Source: Pseudomonadota bacterium
Lineage (GTDB): Bacteria; Pseudomonadota; Alphaproteobacteria; Sphingomonadales; SMXR01
Reading direction: 5' to 3'
DNA length: 64,000 nucleotides
Assembly (NCBI GenBank): GCA_022574255.1
Contig: JACZSK010000003.1
Coordinates: 7,270 to 71,269 of the forward strand
Shown here piece after piece: positions 9,144 to 18,029 of this stretch. The stretch's first letter is position 1; every line of letters begins with the position of its first letter. Made by a program: the position numbers and the translations under genes. Below the pieces are notes generated by a model. The model did not search any database, was not told the DNA's origin, and saw only the letters and a list, made by a program, of their open reading frames with translations.

Positions 9144-9800
9144 ATGAGAATTCCAAAATACTGTACCAGCGGCATGATCGGCGCGGCATGGTTGATGTTT
9201 TCCAGCGTCGGCCTGACCCAGACGGTCACGGCGGAGATGCTGGATAACGGCAGGGAGCAATTCGAGGTGAATTGTGAGATGTGCCACCAGGCGGACGCCA
9301 TCGGCGAACCCGGGCTGGCGCCTTCCCTGACCAACCAGGAGTTACTCGCCGTTGTTTCCGACAAGTTCCTGATGGGCACCATACGCGATGGTCGCGAGGA
9401 CACCGGGATGCCGCCATTTGCACATCTGGGCCGAAAGAACGTACGCGACATCGTGGTCTTTCTGCGCTCTCACGCGACAGGCGAAAACCGCTCCGCCGAG
9501 GTCGATGCCCAGCCCGACGCCCATGGCGACCCGCGCCTCGGCAAGCAGTGGTACGACAATATCTGTTCGACCTGCCACGGAATGAATGGCGACGGATATT
9601 ACGCCGGCGGCACCGGTACGGCTATTGGTCTGTCCGGCTTTCTGGATAAGGCCACGGACGGGTTTATCCGGGTCACGATCAAGGAAGGCCGCTCGAATAC
9701 CCGCATGTTGCCGTTTCAGGGACCGGAAGGGCTAGCCGATCTTTCCGACCAGGAAATCGACGATATCATCGTTTATCTTCGCACTCTGTCTGCGAATTAA
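9144..9800 (+). CDS. Dihaem class-I (His/Met) c-type cytochrome, periplasmic
   Basis: ATG 9144 with a GGGAGAG SD. Signal peptide present. Two cytochrome c domains: CEMCHQ...GMPPF and CSTCHG...RMLPF. Confidence 0.8.
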   Translation: MRIPKYCTSGMIGAAWLMFSSVGLTQTVTAEMLDNGREQFEVNCEMCHQADAIGEPGLAPSLTNQELLAVVSDKFLMGTIRDGREDTGMPPFAHLGRKNVRDIVVFLRSHATGENRSAEVDAQPDAHGDPRLGKQWYDNICSTCHGMNGDGYYAGGTGTAIGLSGFLDKATDGFIRVTIKEGRSNTRMLPFQGPEGLADLSDQEIDDIIVYLRTLSAN

Positions 9801-9813
9801 AAGGAGCTTCGAC

Positions 9814-12531
9814 ATGAAGCGCTTCAAGAAAGAGTTCACACGCCGGAGTTTCATGAAAACCAGCGCCTTTATAACCGGCTCTGCCGCCGGAGCCAGCCTC
9901 ATGGTCGGGGCCAATCCCGAGCTGGAATTCGCCGCCCCCGCCAGCGCCCAGGACCTGGACCGGGAAGCAAACCGGACCACGGCTCTTGCCCAGTGCCCCT
10001 ATTGCGGCGTTGGCTGCGGCACAATCATTCAGGTGGAAAACGGCAAAATCGTTTCCATGCGCCCGGACAAGGACCACCCGACCAATTATGGCCTGCAGTG
10101 CATCAAGGGGCTGACCGCGGCAGAGCCCATGTATGTTGATCGCATGGAAGGCGATTCATACGTCCGCAAGGATGTGTGGGAAGAGTGGAACAAACCCGGC
10201 CATGGCGACATGGACTTTATTTCCAGGACCAAAGACTCCTTCGACGAAGAACATTTCGTCCGCGTGCCCTACCACGACGCTTCCGACATGGTGTCTCACA
10301 AGATCGCGCATTTCGCCAAGAAATACGGGGGCAACTCCATCGGACTTTACGGCTCGGGCCAGCTCACCATGGAGGGGCAGTATATTGAAAACCTTTTCAT
10401 GAAGGGTGTGCTTGGCTCCAATACCATTGAGGCGAACGCCCGCATGTGCATGACGTCTGCGGTGACCGGCTATTTTGCCTCGCTGGGCTCGGATACGCCG
10501 CCGCTCGCCTACGAGGATATCGAGCTATCCGACATGATTATGCATTTCGGCCATAACGCCCGGGAATCCCATCCGATCATTTTCTGGCGCGCCGCCGATC
10601 ACAAAAGGAAAAAAGATATTCCCACGGTGGTCGTCGACCCGCGCCTCACCGGCACGGCCATCGGTTACGAGGACATCAACCCAGAGAATTCAGTCCACGT
10701 TCCCCTCTTGAACGGCGACATCAGCTTTCTCAACGCCATTGCCCACGTTCTGTTGAAGGATCATGACGACGTCATCGACTGGGAGTTTCTCAAGGAACAC
10801 TCGACCGGCTGGGAAGAATATGTGGACGGCGTTCTTGCGGATTATAGCCCCGAGCAGGTGCAGGACCGCATGGGCGATGAGGGCCACGGCGTTTCTCCCG
10901 AACTCATTCGCCGTGTTGCCGGCATGTATGCCGACGCCACGCGCAAGCGTCTGGCGCGGTCCAAGGGCAAGCATTCCGGCCAGGGTTACGGCGGCGTGAT
11001 CATCATGTGGGGTATCGGCTATAACCAGCATATCCATGGCCAGCACAATGTCATCGCCATTATCAATTTGCTGACGCTGACCGGAGACTTGGCCAAGCCC
11101 GGTTGCGGGCCGTTCTCCATGACCGGCCAGCCCAATGCCATGGGCGAGCGCTTCACCGGCGGGTTGACCGGGCGTCTGCCCTTCAACCAACCGCTGAGCA
11201 ACGCCGCGCACCGCAAGCATATGGCCAAGCACTGGGGCGTACCCGAGCAAAACCTGATCAACGCCATGAACGCCAAAAATCCGGGCTTCGCGGTGGGCAT
11301 GATGGAGCGGGCGCTGAAAGGCGAGGTCAAAGCCTTCTTCTTTGTTTACGCGACCCATATTGACCTGCCCGACACGCACAACCTTGTTCGCCCGGCGCTA
11401 AACAAGACCTTCAACGTGATACAGGAGATTTATCGCCACGCTCCCAACAATCTCTATGCGGATGTTATTTTCCCGGCCGCCACCTGGGGCGAGGTCGAAG
11501 GCATTTACATCTCTTCCGAGCGGCGGCTCAACATTTGCCAAAAGGCCGCTGAGCCGCCTGCGGGCTGCCGTCCGGACCTTGATATGGTCATCGACAAGGC
11601 CAAGGAAATCGGCGAACTGCTGGGGCTCGACATGAAAAAGGCACTGCCTTACGAGCGCAAGGAAGATGGCTTTTACGATGCGGAGGAAATCTTCCGCGAT
11701 ATCATAAAAGCCTCGGTGGATACCGATACGGACCTGACCGGCATTCTCGAAGTAGAGAAGCTGGACGGCATCAGCCCCTATGAGCAAATCGCCAATTTGC
11801 GCGGCATCCAGTGGCCTGCGCCGACTTACGAAATAGCCCAGAACGGCGGCACCAAAAGACGCTTTATGCTGCAGGAGGGTAACTGGAAGTCCAAGCCTTA
11901 CGGCTATTTCCGCACCAAGGATGGCAAAGTGCATATCAAGCTGACCCATCAGGACTACAAGGATCGCGAAAAGCTGACCCGGGAGCTGATGCGCTTTGGC
12001 GCCGAGGAGGGTCATTATACGATTGACCATATCGATCAGTTGATCGAGGCCCGTGACAAGGGGCTGACGCCCGACCTACCAGACATGGATTTTCGCGGCA
12101 AAGCCTGGCAGGAAGTGCCCAAGGACAAGTATCCATACTGGTTCGGGCTGGGCGTGGTGTATGAGCATTTCCATACGGCGAAATCCAACCGCAGCCCGAC
12201 GACGCGGCGGCTGGTGCCTGAAATGTATGTGGAAATGCACCCCGACGACGCGCGGGACCTGGGCATCGACGACGGCGACAAGGTTCGCGTGCATACCCGG
12301 CGCGGCTCGCTGGAAGCGCGGGCGCAGGTGGGCCTTAATTCACTGGTCAAGCCGGCGCGGAACACGGTGCCCCGTGGCTACATGTTCGGGCCCTGGAATC
12401 TGTCCGTCGCGGACAGCGCCGACCCCAAGAAAAACAAGTGGCTGGCCAATGCCGTGACCAGCCGGGTCTGGGATCCGGTCTCGGGTCAGGTGGATTTCAA
12501 GAAGAGCGCCTGCCGGATCGAGAAAATATAA
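9814..12531 (+). CDS. Tat-exported bis-MGD molybdoenzyme, NapA-family catalytic subunit (probable periplasmic nitrate reductase or a derivative)
   Basis: AAGGAG SD. Twin-arginine signal (FTRRSFMKTSAF). 4Fe-4S motif CPYCGVGCG..C. GSGQLTMEGQY...NARMCMTSAV aligns with NapA GSGQ...NARHCMASA, the Mo-ligand Cys. SMTGQPNAMGER is present. The C-terminus is YEHFHTAKS...RVHTRRGSLEARAQV...DFKKSACRIEKI. At 905 aa it is longer than typical NapA. Confidence 0.8.
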   Translation: MKRFKKEFTRRSFMKTSAFITGSAAGASLMVGANPELEFAAPASAQDLDREANRTTALAQCPYCGVGCGTIIQVENGKIVSMRPDKDHPTNYGLQCIKGLTAAEPMYVDRMEGDSYVRKDVWEEWNKPGHGDMDFISRTKDSFDEEHFVRVPYHDASDMVSHKIAHFAKKYGGNSIGLYGSGQLTMEGQYIENLFMKGVLGSNTIEANARMCMTSAVTGYFASLGSDTPPLAYEDIELSDMIMHFGHNARESHPIIFWRAADHKRKKDIPTVVVDPRLTGTAIGYEDINPENSVHVPLLNGDISFLNAIAHVLLKDHDDVIDWEFLKEHSTGWEEYVDGVLADYSPEQVQDRMGDEGHGVSPELIRRVAGMYADATRKRLARSKGKHSGQGYGGVIIMWGIGYNQHIHGQHNVIAIINLLTLTGDLAKPGCGPFSMTGQPNAMGERFTGGLTGRLPFNQPLSNAAHRKHMAKHWGVPEQNLINAMNAKNPGFAVGMMERALKGEVKAFFFVYATHIDLPDTHNLVRPALNKTFNVIQEIYRHAPNNLYADVIFPAATWGEVEGIYISSERRLNICQKAAEPPAGCRPDLDMVIDKAKEIGELLGLDMKKALPYERKEDGFYDAEEIFRDIIKASVDTDTDLTGILEVEKLDGISPYEQIANLRGIQWPAPTYEIAQNGGTKRRFMLQEGNWKSKPYGYFRTKDGKVHIKLTHQDYKDREKLTRELMRFGAEEGHYTIDHIDQLIEARDKGLTPDLPDMDFRGKAWQEVPKDKYPYWFGLGVVYEHFHTAKSNRSPTTRRLVPEMYVEMHPDDARDLGIDDGDKVRVHTRRGSLEARAQVGLNSLVKPARNTVPRGYMFGPWNLSVADSADPKKNKWLANAVTSRVWDPVSGQVDFKKSACRIEKI

Positions 12532-12550
12532 GGCCGGACGGGAGAGCAGG

Positions 12551-13117
12551 ATGGAACGCAGGAATTTCCTGATGTCGATGGTTGCGGCGGCAACGCTGGC
12601 TCCGCAAGAGGTCCGCGCGGCGCTGCACCGGCCGTCAATCCGCTACTTGCGGCCGCCGGGGTCGCTGGCCGAAGAGGACTTCCTTGCCACCTGCATCAAC
12701 TGCGGGCAATGCAGCGAGGTCTGCCCTAACCGCTGTATCAATTACTTCGGCTTCGAAAACGGGCTCAAGTCTCTCGATACGCCCTACATCATCCCCAGGG
12801 AAAAGGGCTGCATCCTGTGCATGAAATGCGGTGATGTGTGCCCCACGGGGGCCATAAAGAAAGTCGAGCGCACCGCCGAAGCGATCATCGAAAATGTCAA
12901 GATGGGCCACGCCCGGGTCGACGAACAATTGTGCCTTTCCTTTCAGGGCAAGACCTGCGGTGTCTGTTACCGGGCCTGTCCGCTGCAGGATGTGGCCATC
13001 AAGGTGGGCAGGCTGGAACAGCCCCATGTCCAGGAAAGCTGCGTTGGATGCGGGTTGTGCGAGCGTTCCTGCATCCAGATGCCCCAGGCTATAAGGGTGA
13101 TCCCGGACTATGGCTGA
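12551..13117 (+). CDS. NapG-like Tat-signal 4Fe-4S ferredoxin
   Basis: RRNFLMSMVAAA signal. Four Cys clusters (CINCGQCSEVCP, CILCMKCGDVCP, CGVCYRACP, CVGCGLCERSC). Confidence 0.75.
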   Translation: MERRNFLMSMVAAATLAPQEVRAALHRPSIRYLRPPGSLAEEDFLATCINCGQCSEVCPNRCINYFGFENGLKSLDTPYIIPREKGCILCMKCGDVCPTGAIKKVERTAEAIIENVKMGHARVDEQLCLSFQGKTCGVCYRACPLQDVAIKVGRLEQPHVQESCVGCGLCERSCIQMPQAIRVIPDYG

Positions 13118-14132
13118 TAAGAGGCCCGCCTTTCTTGTGCGGCGTCACCTGAACAAGCTGCGCTGGGTCAGTCTCACGCTGGTCTTCGCCATGCTCATTC
13201 TGTTGCCCTATCTGCATATCTACCAGTCGTTCGAGGCGGCCCATGCCTACGATCTACTGGCCCAGTCGGAAAAGCGGATTTTTGATGTCATGGAGACGCT
13301 CACCGCGCCCTTCACCGATGACCCCGAGGAAGACCTCGACTTCATCAAGGGTACGACCTGGTCGGGAACCTTCTGGGGCTTCAAGCTGTCCGATCCGCTG
13401 GCGGCGGCGGGGCAAGCGGCGGCGGGGCTTAACCTGCACTGGCCATTCCTTATCACGGCGCTGATCCCGGTTCTTCTCACCGCCTTGCTGGGCCGATTTT
13501 ATTGTGGCTGGATTTGCCCGGCGACATTCATCTACGAGCTCAATTCGAACTTTGCTTCCTGGCTTCGCTGGGCGGGGATAAAAACCGGAAACCGCCAGTT
13601 CGACAAGCGTATCAAATACGCCGTGCTGGTCATGGGAATTCTTCTCTCGGGCGTAACCGGCTCTGTTCTGGTGGCGGGGGTTTATCCACCGGCGATTCTC
13701 GGCCGGGAACTTTATTACGCCATAGCTCTCGGCGGATTCGGGTCCGGAATCATATTCTTCCTGGCCACCCTGCTGTTTGACCTTCTGGTCGCCCGGCGGG
13801 GGTTTTGCCGCTATCTCTGCCCCGGCGGCGCGCTTTATTCGCTGATCGGGCGGTACCGGCTGTTGCGTATCCGCCGCGACGTAAAGACCTGTAACGATTG
13901 CGCCAAATGCGATGTGGCCTGCGAGTTTGGCCTGCGTCCCATGAGCGATGGATTCGGTCAGGAATGCAACAACTGCACCGCCTGTATTGCTGCCTGCCCG
14001 ACCGACGCGCTCTCTTTCACCCTGCAACCGGTAGACGGGCCAGCCCAGGGGCCCGGACATCTGGGCCGGCATTTCCGCCGCGCCCAGACAGATGCCAATG
14101 CCGACACCCGCACCGAAGTCCATGGCACATAA
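13110..14132 (+). CDS. NapH-like integral-membrane iron-sulfur protein
   Basis: The ATG overlaps the napG-like stop (ATGGCTGA). TM helices carry the CGWICP and CRYLCP motifs typical of NapH/CcoG/NosR-type proteins. C-terminal ferredoxin motifs are CNDCAKCDVAC and CNNCTACIAACP. Confidence 0.75.
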   Translation: MADKRPAFLVRRHLNKLRWVSLTLVFAMLILLPYLHIYQSFEAAHAYDLLAQSEKRIFDVMETLTAPFTDDPEEDLDFIKGTTWSGTFWGFKLSDPLAAAGQAAAGLNLHWPFLITALIPVLLTALLGRFYCGWICPATFIYELNSNFASWLRWAGIKTGNRQFDKRIKYAVLVMGILLSGVTGSVLVAGVYPPAILGRELYYAIALGGFGSGIIFFLATLLFDLLVARRGFCRYLCPGGALYSLIGRYRLLRIRRDVKTCNDCAKCDVACEFGLRPMSDGFGQECNNCTACIAACPTDALSFTLQPVDGPAQGPGHLGRHFRRAQTDANADTRTEVHGT

Positions 14133-14733
14133 ACTGGCGCATATATCCGCTGCCCTGCTGACGATTTTGCTTTGGCTTATAGCCACCAGCGGGCAGGTGG
14201 CGGCGCACCACGTCCTGGGTCGGCCATCTTATGCGCTGAATGAAGATTCCAACACGCCCCCAGCCCTTCAGGTGGAGACCTGGATCGGCGATTTCGACAT
14301 CAATTACATGGTTTTTCCCGCCTTCCCGCGGCCCGGCGTGCCTGGCCGGATCAACCTCTATGTCACCGACAGGGAGGACGGCAGGCACTTCGAAGGCAGG
14401 GTACGTTTTACGATCAGGGATGATTCCTGGGCGGCATGGCTGGGATTCGGGCGGCCAGAAGAGACGCTGGGTGTTCAATCGCCGGACGACGTGGTTTTCC
14501 GCCAGGGTTTCATATTCAGCGAGGGTGGTGATTACATCATCACCGCCCGGTTCGAGGCGAATGACGAGCCTTATGTTATCGACTTTCCGCTTCGCGTCGG
14601 CGCGCCGCCGGCATTGGGGCCGCTGGGCATAACCATCGGTGTCATCTTCGTGGTGCTGGCGGGCGTCAGCATCATTCAGCGGCGCCGGGTCTTGACCGGA
14701 AAAATCCGCGGTGCGCATGAGGGGCGGGAGTAA
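14122..14733 (+). CDS. Hypothetical exported protein with a C-terminal membrane anchor; predicted mature N-terminus His-His
   Basis: I prefer ATG 14122 (MAHKLAHISAALLTILLWLIATSGQVAA|HHVLGRPSY), which overlaps the napH-like stop. The middle looks beta-rich. There is one C-terminal TM helix (LGITIGVIFVVLAGVSII). I recognise no family. Confidence 0.5.
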   Translation: MAHKLAHISAALLTILLWLIATSGQVAAHHVLGRPSYALNEDSNTPPALQVETWIGDFDINYMVFPAFPRPGVPGRINLYVTDREDGRHFEGRVRFTIRDDSWAAWLGFGRPEETLGVQSPDDVVFRQGFIFSEGGDYIITARFEANDEPYVIDFPLRVGAPPALGPLGITIGVIFVVLAGVSIIQRRRVLTGKIRGAHEGRE

Positions 14734-16295
14734 TGGAGATGGAGGCAATGGGCGCCGCGGGTGTCATGGTCCATCCTGGCCTCCCGCAAGCCTGGGGCCT
14801 CGCGGTTCTTCTGTTCGTGCTGGCCACCAGCGCCTGGGCGCTGGCCCTGCCCGGCGTTGGCACCGCACCCACCGGTCATTTCAGCCTCAGCGCAGTGCCG
14901 GGAATAGGGCATGTCATGCGTTACTTTATCGCCCGGCCATGGATTCTCTTTCTGCTGCGGTTGGTCTTCGTCGCGATCTTTTTGCTGATTATCGCCGCCG
15001 GGCTTTACGGCACGCCGATCCCGGAGCGCAACGCGGCGACCGTGCTGACATGGAACCTCTGGTGGTCGGGGCTTGTACTGTCCATATTCTTTCTCGGCTC
15101 CGCCTGGTGCGGCGTTTGCCCATGGAACAGCATTGCGAACTGGCTGGTCAACCGACGCCTGTGGCGCCGGGCGGACGCCTCCTCCAGCCTCAATCTCACG
15201 GTGCCAAAATGGTTACGCAATGTCTGGCCGGCGCTGTTTATGTTTGTCGGCCTGACCTGGCTGGAGCTCGGCGTCGGGGTCACGGTAGACCCCTTTGTAA
15301 CCGCGATCCTGGCCCTGGCGATGGTGGTGATGGCCACGGTCTCTCTGGCGGTTTTTCAGCGTAACGCCTTTTGCCATCATTTCTGCCCGGTCGGCCGCAC
15401 GGTGGGCTTCTACTCCCAGCTCGCGCCCGTCGAGTTGCGCCCCGTGGACCCCGACATCTGCGCCCGCTGTACCACGCTTGAATGTTACGCCGGCAGCGCC
15501 ACCGTCGATCCCTGCCCAACCCATCTGGTCATGGGCCGGCTGACCCAGAATACCTACTGCACATCCTGCGGTAACTGCACCCGTTCATGCCCCGACGCCA
15601 ACATTGCCTGGCGGCTGCGCAGCCCCGCCGCCGAGGCCATGCAGGATGCCCGCCCGCACTGGGACGAGGCCTGGTTCATGTTGGTGCTTCTGGGCCTGAC
15701 CGGCTTTCACGGCCTGACCATGCTCCCCTCATGGGAGGATGGAATAATTGGCCTGGCGAGGGTGATTGGCGATTCCGGTCGCATGCTGGTCACCTTCAGC
15801 GCCGGTCTGGCCGCCAGCCTGGCGGTGCCGGCATTTTTCTATGGGCTGGCGGTGTGGGCGACCAGGAAGCTGGTCGGCGATGCCAACCATAGCTTCAAGA
15901 GTCTCTTTTCGCGCTTCGCTTTTGTCGCCCTGCCGCTCGCCTTCGCCTACCACCTGGTTCACAATCTGGGCCATCTGGCACGGGAGGGCGCCGGGCTGGG
16001 CGCTGTGCTGGCAAACCCCCTGGGCGTGGGAACACTGCCGATGGGCGCCGCAGAGCGGCAGTTGCGCATGATGGATATGTTCATTTCGCAGGATGCGCTT
16101 TCGGCTCTGCAGGCCCTGCTCATGGCCTTTGGGTTTCTCATTGCGGTGGGGGTCATACAAAGAAGATGCCGGGGGTTGGTGAAGTTGCAGCCGGGAAGGG
16201 TCCGGTTGACCATGCTGCCGCTTCTCCTTTTTGCCGCCGTCTTTACCGGATTTCACCTGTGGTTGTTGCTGCAGCCCATGGTCATGCGGCTGTGA
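14733..16295 (+). CDS. Polytopic membrane polyferredoxin-like protein (NapH/CcoG/FtrD-type Cys motifs)
   Basis: TAATG start/stop overlap with the upstream gene. Many TM helices. Motifs CGVCPWNS and CHHFCPVG, followed by CARCTTLEC...CP and CTSCGNCTRSCP. Confidence 0.6.
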   Translation: MEMEAMGAAGVMVHPGLPQAWGLAVLLFVLATSAWALALPGVGTAPTGHFSLSAVPGIGHVMRYFIARPWILFLLRLVFVAIFLLIIAAGLYGTPIPERNAATVLTWNLWWSGLVLSIFFLGSAWCGVCPWNSIANWLVNRRLWRRADASSSLNLTVPKWLRNVWPALFMFVGLTWLELGVGVTVDPFVTAILALAMVVMATVSLAVFQRNAFCHHFCPVGRTVGFYSQLAPVELRPVDPDICARCTTLECYAGSATVDPCPTHLVMGRLTQNTYCTSCGNCTRSCPDANIAWRLRSPAAEAMQDARPHWDEAWFMLVLLGLTGFHGLTMLPSWEDGIIGLARVIGDSGRMLVTFSAGLAASLAVPAFFYGLAVWATRKLVGDANHSFKSLFSRFAFVALPLAFAYHLVHNLGHLAREGAGLGAVLANPLGVGTLPMGAAERQLRMMDMFISQDALSALQALLMAFGFLIAVGVIQRRCRGLVKLQPGRVRLTMLPLLLFAAVFTGFHLWLLLQPMVMRL

Positions 16296-16308
16296 AACGA
16301 GGGTCGGG

Positions 16309-16974
16309 ATGAGCGAGCAAAAAGACAGCCCCCTGGACCGGCGGGAGTTCTTCCAGCGCGGCCTCAAGAAGGCCACCGCGATTGCGATCGATGCCGCTGA
16401 ATCCAGCGTTGAGGCCCGCGCCCGGCAATGGGTCAGGCCGCCTTTTGCCATTCCCGAGCTCGATTTCCTGATTTCCTGCAGCCGTTGCGGCGATTGTGTA
16501 GAAGTCTGCCCGACCGCCGTAATTTTTCCCTTGTCTGCCCGGTACGGCGCAACGGCGGTGGGCACACCGGCCATGGACCTGGCCAACAAGGCCTGCCTCA
16601 TGTGCCATGACTGGCCCTGCGTTACGGCCTGCGAGCCGCGCGCCCTGCGGCTGCCGCCTTCTCCGGTTGCTGCGGAAGCCGGGGAGGAGGCGAGGGGAGC
16701 GGTCCGGGAGGAAGTGCAGGAATCTGCAGAGGCCTCCGGCATACCGCTGCCCCGTCTTGCCCGGGCAAGGATCGATACCTCAAGTTGTCTGCCGTATCTT
16801 GGCCCCGAATGTGGGGCCTGCAGCCACTCCTGCCCGGTTCCCGGGGCATTGCTGTGGGACGGCCCCAAGCCGCGCATTGATCCCGAGATTTGCACCGGCT
16901 GCGGCGCCTGCCGCGTTGCCTGCATCACAGAACCCAAGTCGGTTCTTATCAGCCCGCTTACCGGGCAGGAATGA
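16309..16974 (+). CDS. NapF-like cytoplasmic polyferredoxin
   Basis: I prefer ATG 16309 (MSEQKDSPLDRREFFQRG), 13 nt after the upstream stop. Vestigial RR motif plus RPPFA as in NapF. Four Cys clusters (CSRCGDCVEVCP, CLMCHDWPCVTAC, CGACSHSCP, CTGCGACRVAC). Confidence 0.65.
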   Translation: MSEQKDSPLDRREFFQRGLKKATAIAIDAAESSVEARARQWVRPPFAIPELDFLISCSRCGDCVEVCPTAVIFPLSARYGATAVGTPAMDLANKACLMCHDWPCVTACEPRALRLPPSPVAAEAGEEARGAVREEVQESAEASGIPLPRLARARIDTSSCLPYLGPECGACSHSCPVPGALLWDGPKPRIDPEICTGCGACRVACITEPKSVLISPLTGQE

Positions 16975-16998
16975 GGCGGCTGGGGCAGGGAATTCGCC

Positions 16999-17544
16999 CT
17001 ATTCGCTGTCGGCGCTGAATTCCTTTTCATGCAGCCAGGCGGCGTGGCGCGGCGCTTTCTTGGTCTCCGCCCATTCCTTAATCATGGCTGGCGCCACCGC
17101 ATGCAGCATCTTCATTTCCTCTTCGGTGCAGGTGTTGCAAACCAGCTCCAGCCTGTGCCCGCTGGGATCAAAGAAATAGATCGACTGGAAAATGCCGTGG
17201 TTGGTCGGACCCAGCACTTCAAGGCCGTTTGCCTCCAGCTGCGCCTTCGCCGCCATCAGCTCGGAATAGCTCTCCACCTCGAAGGCAATATGCTGCACCC
17301 AGTCCGGCGTGTTCGGGTCGCTGCCCATTTCCGGTGAATTGGGCAGCTCGAAGAAAGCCAGCACGTTGCCCATGCCGGCATCGAGAAAGACATGCATATA
17401 GGGGTCCGGTTCCTTGGTGCTCGGCACATGGTCCTCGGCGATAGCCAGCACGAAATCCATGCCCATCACGCGCTGGTAAAACTCGACCGTCTGCTTGGCG
17501 TCCTTGCAGCGATAGGCCACATGGTGAATGCGTTTAAGTTCCAT
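16999..17544 (-). CDS. VOC-family (glyoxalase/bleomycin-resistance/extradiol dioxygenase fold) protein
   Basis: The track ORF extends to 17727. ATG 17544 gives MELKRIHHVAYRCKDAKQTVEFY..., the typical VOC N-terminus. A second beta-alpha-beta-beta-beta module follows (VQHIAFEV...). Confidence 0.8.
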   Translation of the reverse strand: MELKRIHHVAYRCKDAKQTVEFYQRVMGMDFVLAIAEDHVPSTKEPDPYMHVFLDAGMGNVLAFFELPNSPEMGSDPNTPDWVQHIAFEVESYSELMAAKAQLEANGLEVLGPTNHGIFQSIYFFDPSGHRLELVCNTCTEEEMKMLHAVAPAMIKEWAETKKAPRHAAWLHEKEFSADSE

Positions 17545-18029
17545 ACTGCGCTCTCCTTTAGCCGTTTTCCCAGTTTTCAAACGTCGGGCCGGGAAACGTG
17601 CCGGTATTTTACCGGGGAATAAAACTACCGTCCAGAAGCAGATCGCAGCCGCTCGCAAGGCGGCTTTCGCCAGACGCCGGGTAGAGAGCGGTGTTGGCCA
17701 CCCTTGCCCCCTCTGTAACCGCGTCAAATAGCCGCTGATACATTTTGAGTTTTTGAAATGTTGAGGGCCTGCCCGCGCTGTTAAGTATAATACACAATGC
17801 TTTCAGCATCACATCATCAACCACGCCGCGTTCAAGAAGTATCGGGCCAACATGTTCAATATGTGCAAAAGTGCGGTTACAATGGCACGATAAACTTCGC
17901 TTGGAATTCGCTGCCCCTGCTGGGCATCCGAAGTGACAATGCCATCCGGCCGCACATGGCGACGCCGGGCAACCGCTCCGCTGAAATTGATGCAGGGACG
18001 GTATTGCGACTCATTCGCAGATAGAGTAA

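Noticed and set aside
9144-9800. Calling the dihaem cytochrome NapB.
   Set aside because: NapB is a small bis-His dihaem protein. This 218-aa protein has two class-I domains with the distal-Met context (GMPPF, RMLPF). It resembles c4/c55x-type cytochromes instead.
8328-12531. Annotating the cluster simply as napCAB / nitrate reductase with gene symbols.
   Set aside because: NapB and NapD are absent, extra genes are present, the NapC-like protein has five haems, and the catalytic subunit is longer than usual. The substrate cannot be read from the sequence, so I gave family-level calls without symbols.
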